Positions 41,132 to 49,065 of a stretch of 64,000 bases of DNA are shown piece by piece; positions within the stretch are counted from its first letter, which is position 1, and every line of letters starts with the position of its first letter. This DNA comes from an uncultured bacterium. Its GTDB lineage: Bacteria > JAGOEH01. Below the pieces are notes generated by a model that saw only the letters and a program-made list of their open reading frames with translations, did no database searches and was not told the DNA's origin. The stretch covers positions 186,001 to 250,000 of the forward strand of contig CAZWDO010000002.1 in assembly GCA_964632485.1 (NCBI GenBank), read 5' to 3'. The translations under genes were made by a program, and so were the position numbers.

Positions 41132-41773
41132 ATGAATATGAAAAATAAAACGATCTACAGCGTGTTAATCGGGCTGATGCTGGCCGGATTGATTTTCGCC
41201 TTCTGTTCCGACGATTATAAAGATGAGGATTATGCAATTACCGATTTTGACAACCGCGCTTGCAACGGGTTTTTAACTGTTGACGACGATTCAACGTTAG
41301 CTGATCGGCCGGCCTATCCGGCGCGACAGGCAACGGATATGAATCAGTTTGTTCGAGATTCCCTCAGTTGGAACAGCGATTTTAGTATTATTGATCCCGG
41401 AATCTATACTATGGGTTTTGATTCGCTGTTCACGTCACTTTATGACAGTACCCGCATTGAATTCGCGCAAGCCGGCGATTCGGTAGTGAATATCACCCTT
41501 CCCAGTGGAGATGCTACCGTCAGTTACATCGGATTAAATATTGCCGCTGCAGGTGAATATGTGTTCTTCTGCGATAAATTCGTGGATTTTTCTATTACGG
41601 ATCGTGATCGTAATGTTGTGCAACTTCAATCCAACGGAATCAGCATGGAAACCGCAGCCGAATGTTATCGTATTAAAACCCGGCTGGTTTATAATTTTTC
41701 GACGGCTGGCCATTATTTGCTCAAATTTACGACCGAGTCGAAACAATTACGTATCTTTTCGCTGGCTCAATAA
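41132..41773 (+). CDS. Hypothetical lipoprotein
   Basis: Hydrophobic signal ending IFAF-CSDD; GAGGAG RBS; in operon. Confidence 0.7.
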   Translation: MNMKNKTIYSVLIGLMLAGLIFAFCSDDYKDEDYAITDFDNRACNGFLTVDDDSTLADRPAYPARQATDMNQFVRDSLSWNSDFSIIDPGIYTMGFDSLFTSLYDSTRIEFAQAGDSVVNITLPSGDATVSYIGLNIAAAGEYVFFCDKFVDFSITDRDRNVVQLQSNGISMETAAECYRIKTRLVYNFSTAGHYLLKFTTESKQLRIFSLAQ

Positions 41774-41802
41774 CGGAAAATGAACGCTGGAGGAATACAG
41801 TA

Positions 41803-42804
41803 ATGAAAAAAATTCAAATTACCTTTTTTACCGTCTTGATTTTCCTGACGGCACTCTACCAATCCAGTCATGCCGAAAAAAAGCTGGCGCAAACCGGTTT
41901 CCAGTTTTTATCGGTCGTTTCCGATGCCCGCGCTGGTGGTATGTCGGAAGCGATGACAACCTATCTACTCAATTCAGGTTCGCTATTTTTCAATCCTGCC
42001 TGTATGTCGGGCATGACGCAGATGGTCGATGTGGCTTTTAGCCAAAATAAATGGATTGCTGATATCAAACATAATACGTTCAGCGCCGCATACAGCCCGG
42101 CCAAAGGACGTTACGGCGTTTTCGGCGTTACCTTTATGAATGTCGATTACGGTGATATCCAGGGAACCATGGTTTGGGGCAATACCCAGGGTTATATCGA
42201 TACTGAGATATTGAAACCCAGCGCTTACTCGATCGGCTTGGGTTATTCCCGCGCTTTGTCGGATAAGTTCTATGTGGGTGGTCAATTGAAATACGTCAAA
42301 CAGTATTATGGTAAAAGCGTGATTTCTACGGAAGCCGATGGGTATCGCGTAAAAAAATATGTTGAATCGGCTTTTGCTGTTGATTTCGGTACCTATTTTA
42401 AAACCGGATTCCGCAGTGTTGTTTTTGGAATGAGTATCCGCAACTTTTCCGGCGATGTGAAACTCGAAAAAGAAGCATTTCAATTGCCCCTTACCTTTAA
42501 GATGGGCCTTTCTGCCAATGCCTTCGATTTCTTTGCCCAATCGCTCAAGGAATCAGGCCATGGACTGCTTGTTTCAATTGATGCCGCGCATCCCCGTGAT
42601 TATCCGGAATATATTAACCTGGGCGGCGAATATGCATTCCGTCAAATGATCTTCCTGCGTTCGGGTTATATTCTCAATCATAGTGAATACAACTTCTCTT
42701 TCGGTTTCGGTATCCAGTATTTTGGAATTAATTTCGATTATTCCTATACGCCGTTCAAAGAATTTGACAATTTCCAGAAATTAACCATGCGGTTTTCTTT
42801 ATAA
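41803..42804 (+). CDS. PorV/PorQ family (FadL-like) outer-membrane beta-barrel
   Basis: FQFL....DARAGGM.EA, FFNPA, W.ADI, LPLTFKMG, LGGEY, FLRSGY, FDYSY. Confidence 0.82.
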   Translation: MKKIQITFFTVLIFLTALYQSSHAEKKLAQTGFQFLSVVSDARAGGMSEAMTTYLLNSGSLFFNPACMSGMTQMVDVAFSQNKWIADIKHNTFSAAYSPAKGRYGVFGVTFMNVDYGDIQGTMVWGNTQGYIDTEILKPSAYSIGLGYSRALSDKFYVGGQLKYVKQYYGKSVISTEADGYRVKKYVESAFAVDFGTYFKTGFRSVVFGMSIRNFSGDVKLEKEAFQLPLTFKMGLSANAFDFFAQSLKESGHGLLVSIDAAHPRDYPEYINLGGEYAFRQMIFLRSGYILNHSEYNFSFGFGIQYFGINFDYSYTPFKEFDNFQKLTMRFSL

Positions 42805-42821
42805 ACATGAGGAGCGTATTC

Positions 42822-44033
42822 ATGAAGAAAATAACCTCATTTCTTTTTTTGACGTTTATTTTTTCGATGATTGTTTTTTTTGCCTGCAGCGAGGAATACC
42901 CTGACGGGATTTATAACCCCGACTTTCAGGGAAGCACACTTCCTCAGATTACTACAGTGACTCCCAGCGATGTTTTGGCCGGAGTCGATATGATTACCAT
43001 TACCGGCGCTAATTTTTCCGCCATTAATGAAGAAAATCTGGTTTACTTCAATAAAGGCATTAAAAATATGGCTGCCACACTTGTTTCATCGTCACCCACT
43101 CAACTCCAGCTTTATGCGCCACTGATGGAAGCGGATAGTATTATTATTCGCATTGCCACTCCCGGCGCACTGCAATTTGTTGACTATACTCCCATGAAAG
43201 TCGCATTGGCCGCCATTGAATACGGCGGTTTAGGCGATAATGAGGATCCCGTGGCTGTTGAATGCGATAAAGATGAAAATCTTTATGTGTCGCTGGCTAA
43301 TAAAGATATTGTAAAAATATCCCCTACGGAACCCACCAAATTTACGGTTATCTCTTCCGAAGGCATTAGCAGTATTTCAAGCATGAAGATTAAGGGTGAT
43401 TACCTTTATTATTCTGATCGTAAATCTATATACCAGATATTGTTGCAAGATGGATCCAAGGTAAAATTTAACAGCAAGAATACGGCTCAGCAAGTCTATG
43501 ATATGGATTTTACTGATAACGGGATGTTGTATCTCGGCGCCAAGAACGCGATTTACAAGATGGATGAAGCCGGCGCATGGGTTGATGCGGCGGATTTTAC
43601 CGGCCGTACTGTGAATGCAGTTAAAATTTTCAACGGTTACGTTTATTCCGCAACTTCGGATACCATTTGGCGTAATACGATTAATGCTGACGGTACTTTA
43701 GGCGCCAATGAGTTTGTGTATGATTGGACTTCAATTTTATCCGCCAATGAAGATAAGATTATTTCTTTTGTAATTGCTGAAAATGGGGATATTTTTGTGG
43801 GTTCCGATACTAAATACGCCATGTATAAGATTTCTAACAGCGGTGGAAGTTATGCGGCCGGTTCGGCTGTACCCTTTTATCCGCTGGCGTTATTTACCCC
43901 GTCGATGAAAATGTGCTGGGGTGAAGGTCAATATGTTTACGTCGTTCGCGATCATGCAGATGTAACCCAACGACGTACAATTCGAGTCTTTATGCGCCAA
44001 GAAGGCGCTTCTTATCCCGGGCGCGGGCTATAA
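42822..44033 (+). CDS. Lipoprotein with IPT/TIG domain and beta-propeller
   Basis: FFA-CSEE lipobox; PQITTVTP...ITITGANFS...N.VYF; propeller-like repeats (VECDKDENLYV, DFTDNGMLY). Confidence 0.78.
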   Translation: MKKITSFLFLTFIFSMIVFFACSEEYPDGIYNPDFQGSTLPQITTVTPSDVLAGVDMITITGANFSAINEENLVYFNKGIKNMAATLVSSSPTQLQLYAPLMEADSIIIRIATPGALQFVDYTPMKVALAAIEYGGLGDNEDPVAVECDKDENLYVSLANKDIVKISPTEPTKFTVISSEGISSISSMKIKGDYLYYSDRKSIYQILLQDGSKVKFNSKNTAQQVYDMDFTDNGMLYLGAKNAIYKMDEAGAWVDAADFTGRTVNAVKIFNGYVYSATSDTIWRNTINADGTLGANEFVYDWTSILSANEDKIISFVIAENGDIFVGSDTKYAMYKISNSGGSYAAGSAVPFYPLALFTPSMKMCWGEGQYVYVVRDHADVTQRRTIRVFMRQEGASYPGRGL

Positions 44034-44131
44034 GTGTTTTAATGTCGAAAGGAGGATGTTTTCGAGTAGTTAACCGAGTAAAACGTAAGGAATCTATCGG
44101 ACTCTAAAACACTTTTTAGTCAGGAGTAGTA

Positions 44132-46414
44132 ATGAAGAGTTTTGTTAAGGTGTCTCTAATACTGATGGTATTAGTCAGTTTATCAATGGCTGCTTGGGAA
44201 TATGCGGACCGTTTCCCGGTAACGGGCGGCGGACATGGTATCCAAGTTGACCCGACTGGCAAAATCTGGTTTGTCAGTTATTATGCCAATGACATCGTCG
44301 TCAATGGCGCCGATTCGATCAAATTCAAATCAGTGTATTGTTTCAATGACGACGGCACGCAGGCTTCTTTTTCGCCGATCCGCACGTTGGACGTACCGGG
44401 CGTCGGCGTGGATTCGATGCTCAATGCGGGCCGCGGTCTGGGTATTGACGGCCAGGGCAACCTGCTCTATTCGGCCTACGATAAGCTGTACAAGATTGAC
44501 TACCAGACGGGCGAATGCCTGGGCATGGTGCAGCCGGTTCCCGGCGCGTCGTTGACGCAGGCCTGGGGCGATGCCAACGGTTATGTTTATATCGGTACGG
44601 TTTTAGCCGGCAATCCGATTTTTATATTTGACGAAGATTTTGAGGAATATGCCCGCGTGGTGGAAGCGGCGGACGTGATCAGCCGCGCGTTGATTGTCAC
44701 CCCGGACGGCAAGGACCTCTATTACAGCGCCGTAACCGGCACCAACGGCGTTTTGCGCTATCATAGTGAAGATGGCCCGGACGGCACTTACGAACCGGTT
44801 GATACAATAGGCGTGGATGTCGATGGTGTGAAGGTTTTACCGTCGATCAACTGCATCAATTTTGACCGCGCTGGCAATATCTGGTTTGCGTCGAAGTATG
44901 ATGTAACCCCGGCCGGCTGGTGGTGTGTGGATCCCACTCAAAATTACGCGGTCATTGATAACCTGGGTACACCGTTGTTAGGCGCTCAGGACACGACGGA
45001 TATCAATAAAGTATCCGCTCCGCGCGGTATCGCCTTCAATGCGGACGGAACGGTTGCCTACACCTCCGATTTTGAAAGTCCGATCCCGTTCCGCATTTGG
45101 AACTATACTGATACACCTCCAGTAGGTGATTCAGAATATCGATTCGACGAATTGGTCGGTGATTTTACTGGTTTAAATCCCATAAGCTGCGTAGTGGATC
45201 CCGCCGGAAAAATGTGGGCCGGAATCTGGCTCTATGAATCCGATTATCTGGCTCCTCTTTATTCCTTCTATACGGATGGATCAACAGCTTTTGAACCGAT
45301 TCGCAGCGTTAATGTCGATGGCGCGGATCATTTATTTGAAGGCGCGTGTAGTTATATTACCCGTACTCTCGATGGAAATATACTTTATACCGAAGGGTCC
45401 TACGGCGGCGATAACGGCGGATTATTTGTTTTTGATTATCAGACTGGTGATCTGATCAAAGGTCTGGTCAATGCTGAAAAGAAATACTATGCGCAATGCG
45501 CAGAAGTATCCTATAATGGTTCCACATATTATATCGTGGCCAATCAGGAAACATCGAGCGGGGGTATTGAAATCTTCGAGGGCGATCTGTTTGAAGGCAA
45601 TACTACCGTTTATGCCACTATCGACAATTCCAATGACGGCTATGATGTGATCTACTCTATGGCAGTATCGCCGGATGGTAAGGATATTTTTGTTGCCGGT
45701 ATTACCAAGGGTGTCTATCATTACCATAGCGAAGATGGTCCCGATGGCGAGTACAGTTTGTTAAACGGCGGAGCTATCGCCGGTACTGATGAGATGGATC
45801 CGGTGATGGTCAAATTGGGACCCGACAACACGCTGTTGGTGGGTTCCCGCGCTGAAAATAATAAACGCGCCGGTTTGTTTTCTTTGGACCTGGATGCGAA
45901 TTATGCCATTATCGACAGTTTGGAAACGTCTTTTCTATTGGCCGCTGAAGCCGCTAATGATCCCCAGGCTATCGCCTATCCGGCTGATATCGCCTGGAGC
46001 GATGATATGACTGTTATGTATGTGGTGGACTATGGTGACCATACCGATGATACGTGGGCTCCTTACGGCGGTACGGGCGGGAAAATCCAACGTTGGGTAC
46101 TGCAGGGAACTGATATCGACGATGCCAGGGATAAACCGGGAATGAATCTGAAATCCTTTGTTCTGGATCAGAACTATCCGAACCCGTTCAACCCGACGAC
46201 CCTGATCCCGTTCGAACTGAATCAGAACGCTAAGGTGACGCTGGAAATCTATAATCTAATGGGTCAAAAAGTAGTAACTTTGTTGGATGAAACTCTGAGC
46301 GCCGGCCGCCATCAGGCACGCTGGGACGCCACTGGCCATTCAACGGGTACCTATCTTTGTATTCTGAAAGCAGATAACAAACTGCAATCTAAAAAAATGC
46401 TTTTTGTAAAATAA
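44132..46414 (+). CDS. Secreted two-propeller protein with T9SS type-A-like C-terminal sorting domain (cargo 1)
   Basis: Signal peptide; NHL-like repeats (HGIQVDPTGKIW, APRGIAFN); QNYPNPFNPTT...KKMLFVK. Confidence 0.85.
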   Translation: MKSFVKVSLILMVLVSLSMAAWEYADRFPVTGGGHGIQVDPTGKIWFVSYYANDIVVNGADSIKFKSVYCFNDDGTQASFSPIRTLDVPGVGVDSMLNAGRGLGIDGQGNLLYSAYDKLYKIDYQTGECLGMVQPVPGASLTQAWGDANGYVYIGTVLAGNPIFIFDEDFEEYARVVEAADVISRALIVTPDGKDLYYSAVTGTNGVLRYHSEDGPDGTYEPVDTIGVDVDGVKVLPSINCINFDRAGNIWFASKYDVTPAGWWCVDPTQNYAVIDNLGTPLLGAQDTTDINKVSAPRGIAFNADGTVAYTSDFESPIPFRIWNYTDTPPVGDSEYRFDELVGDFTGLNPISCVVDPAGKMWAGIWLYESDYLAPLYSFYTDGSTAFEPIRSVNVDGADHLFEGACSYITRTLDGNILYTEGSYGGDNGGLFVFDYQTGDLIKGLVNAEKKYYAQCAEVSYNGSTYYIVANQETSSGGIEIFEGDLFEGNTTVYATIDNSNDGYDVIYSMAVSPDGKDIFVAGITKGVYHYHSEDGPDGEYSLLNGGAIAGTDEMDPVMVKLGPDNTLLVGSRAENNKRAGLFSLDLDANYAIIDSLETSFLLAAEAANDPQAIAYPADIAWSDDMTVMYVVDYGDHTDDTWAPYGGTGGKIQRWVLQGTDIDDARDKPGMNLKSFVLDQNYPNPFNPTTLIPFELNQNAKVTLEIYNLMGQKVVTLLDETLSAGRHQARWDATGHSTGTYLCILKADNKLQSKKMLFVK
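44201..45100 (+). repeat. Propeller module, copy 1 (direct repeat of 48003-48560)
   Basis: Near-identical DNA to 48003-48180 and 48281-48560; the differences I could see are mostly synonymous. Confidence 0.9.
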
Positions 46415-46424
46415 GTTTGTAAAC

Positions 46425-46459
46425 AGCGGCCGGCCAGAAACGGTGGGCCGCTTGATTTT
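46425..46459 (+). terminator. Hairpin, probable weak terminator after cargo 1
   Basis: AGCGGCC..GGCCGCT followed by TGATTTT. Confidence 0.5.
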
Positions 46460-46634
46460 GGGGAATGAAGCAGTATGGAGTGGGTTTATCCATGGATCGC
46501 GGCTGGCTCTTCGCGGGACATCAATGTGAATGTCTCTTCCCATGCAAGCCCCGATCCGTGGGTACAACCCAAATGTTTACGTGACGTTTCGTTTTTGTGA
46601 TGGAAAAAAACCAAAAAACACAGGAGGCAAGAGA

Positions 46635-48879
46635 ATGTCCAAAAGATTAATGATCGTTTTGGTACTGCTCACTGCGCTTGTAATGATGGCTAATGCGCAG
46701 GATTTTTCGCGCAAATGGCAAATCCCATGTCCTGAACCGGAACTGAATGCCGGTGGTATGGGTAACATTTTAACCGGTGTGGATATTGATGGCGATGGTT
46801 TACAGGATATGTACATTGTAAACGACAATTCCAACGACACCGATCCCGAACTGGTTCCCCGGCTTTATAAGTACGAATTGACAGCCGCGGGCGAATGGGT
46901 TCAGGTCTGGAAAGCCAGCATGCCCAATATGATCCAGAACACCTGGCCGGGCTTGGCCGTGGCTGACCTGGATAACGACGGCAAAGAGGAAATCGTTTGG
47001 GGCGTCGTGAATTTTCTGGACGCCGCTGTTTCCCTCAATCCCGCCCGTATCCTGGTCTTCGAGGAAGCCGGCGACGGTTCTGACGTCATGGGCGTAGTGG
47101 ATCCGGCAGATGCGACCAACTACATCCCCAACGCCATGACGACCATCGTGGACGAAGACAATGTCAATCTGCGTCCCTATAAGTTCGTCATTACCGATAT
47201 TGACAGTGACGGAACTCAGGAAGTTATTTTTGCCGATCGCGCGTCCAGTAGCAGCGGCTACCATTTCGCCGTGATGTCGGTGGACGATGTACCGGATGAT
47301 GCCAGCGGTTTTGAAAACTGGTATATTGAAGTGTCCGGAAAAGATGAGTTAACCGGCGTTAATAATGAATGGGATTTTACGGTGATGGATGATATTATCA
47401 TCCTGTTCGACGCTTACGGCGCCGGCACGGTAATCAAATGCAACGGTCCGAATGATTATTCCTACCTCGATCCCCAGCCGGGTCTTTTTGAAGGCGATTA
47501 TTATTCCTTCATGTCGGCCTGCGTAGTGGATGTCAATGGTGATAACGACAAAGAAATCCTGATTTCCCAGTATGGTTCCAGCGCCGATATCAACGGTAAG
47601 GTCTATCTGGTTGAAGTAGGAGACGATGGCACGTTGTCGTCTTATGAGATTGCCGATGTGATGGATGTAAACGGCCGTTTGTGTGGCGGCGTTGTCGGCG
47701 ATATCGATGGCAATGGCAAGGTTGACTATGTGGTCGGCAGCCGCGGTGCGGTTCCGAATGCCGCTATTTTCCGTATGGAATACCAGGGTGGCGATATGCT
47801 GGATGCCAATTCCTGGCAGTGGTCAATTATCGATTCTAATGTTATGGAAGGCGGCCAATATACAGCGATCAGTATGGCCAATCTGGACAGTGATCCGGCT
47901 TTGGAAATCGCTTATACCTCTTCCTATATGTTAGGCACCGATTCGATAGCTCCGATTACTATCTTGGATTATGCCGGCGGCGCTGTTGCAAGTAGTTGGG
48001 CCTATGCGGACCGATTCCCGGTAACGGGCGGCGGTCATGGTATCCAAGTGGATCCGGACGGCAAGATATGGTTTGTCAGCTATTATGCCAATGACATCGT
48101 CGTCAATGGCGCCGATTCGATCATGTTCAAATCAGTGTATTGTTTCAATGACGACGGCACGCAGGCTTCTTTTTCGCCGANNNNNNNNNNNNNNNNNNNN
48201 NNNNNNNNNNNNNNNNNNNNNNNNNNNNNNNNNNNNNNNNNNNNNNNNNNNNNNNNNNNNNNNNNNNNNNNNNNNNNNNNTCGATGGTGTGAAGGTTTTA
48301 CCGTCGATCAACTGCATCAATTTTGACCGCGCTGGTAATATTTGGTTCGCGTCAAAATATGATGTAACCCCGGCTGGCTGGTGGTGTGTGGACCCGGCGC
48401 AGAATTACGATATCATTGACAACCTGGGTACGCCGTTATTGACGGCGCAGGACACCTCGGATATCAATAAAGTATCCGCTCCGCGCGGTATTGCTTTCAA
48501 TGCAGCGGGAACGATTGCCTACACCTCCGATTTTGAAAGCCCGATCCCGTTCCGCATTTGGAATAAAGTGGGCGTGGATGTGAATGAAGGTGTTGTTCAG
48601 CCGATCGTTTCGTTGAAGAATTTCGATCTGTTCCAGAACTATCCGAATCCGTTCAACCCGACGACGTTGATCCCGTTCGAACTGAAGCAGAATGCGAAAG
48701 TGACGCTGGAAATTTACAATTTGATGGGTCAGAAAGTAGTGACCTTGTTGGATGAAAACCGCAGCGCTGGTCGCCATGAAGTCCGTTGGGACGCCACGGG
48801 CCAGGCCACGGGCACTTATTTGTATCTGCTGAAAGTGGATAACAAACTGCAATCCAAAAAAATGCTCTTCGTAAAATAG
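46635..48879 (+). CDS. Secreted FG-GAP/VCBS-repeat + propeller protein with T9SS type-A-like CTD (cargo 2), split only by the 100-N gap
   Basis: Start MSKR after a CAGGAGG RBS; DIDGDG, DLDNDGKEEI, DVNGDNDKEI, DIDGNGKVD repeats; then a copy of the cargo-1 module; CTD read from ORF 48037-48879. Confidence 0.85.
48003..48560 (+). repeat. Propeller module, copy 2 (centre unresolved)
   Basis: Gap flanks match 44378 and 44820, so the 100 Ns probably stand for 441 bp (147 codons), which keeps the frame. Confidence 0.85.
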
Positions 48880-48881
48880 TT
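48598..48881 (+). repeat. CTD-coding direct repeat, identical to 51184-51467
   Basis: No mismatch seen by eye over 284 bp (CAGCCGATCGTTTCG...GTAAAATAGTT); a more diverged copy lies at about 46160-46414. Confidence 0.9.
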
Positions 48882-48887
48882 GTCTTC

Positions 48888-48919
48888 GGGGCCGGATAAA
48901 CTCATTTCCGGCCCCTTTT
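48888..48919 (+). terminator. Intrinsic terminator after cargo 2
   Basis: GGGGCCGGA-loop-TCCGGCCCC-TTTT. Confidence 0.7.
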
Positions 48920-49065
48920 AATGATGTGAAGTTTCTGTTGTGTGCCGATAACGGATAAAAGCGGGTAAAATTTAATTAAATTTTTTTGAAACTTCGCATA
49001 GCAATTATATTAATTAATTATCGTATTTTAACGTATAAATTTGAAATCAAATCAAGGAGAAAGCA

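Noticed and set aside
44047-44072. Leader peptide MFSSS after GAAAGGAGG
   Set aside because: No spacing between the RBS and ATG, and no regulatory codon run
46530-48879. Two overlapping genes or a programmed frameshift in cargo 2
   Set aside because: The frame change comes from a 100-N placeholder; the homologous span in cargo 1 is 441 bp, a multiple of 3
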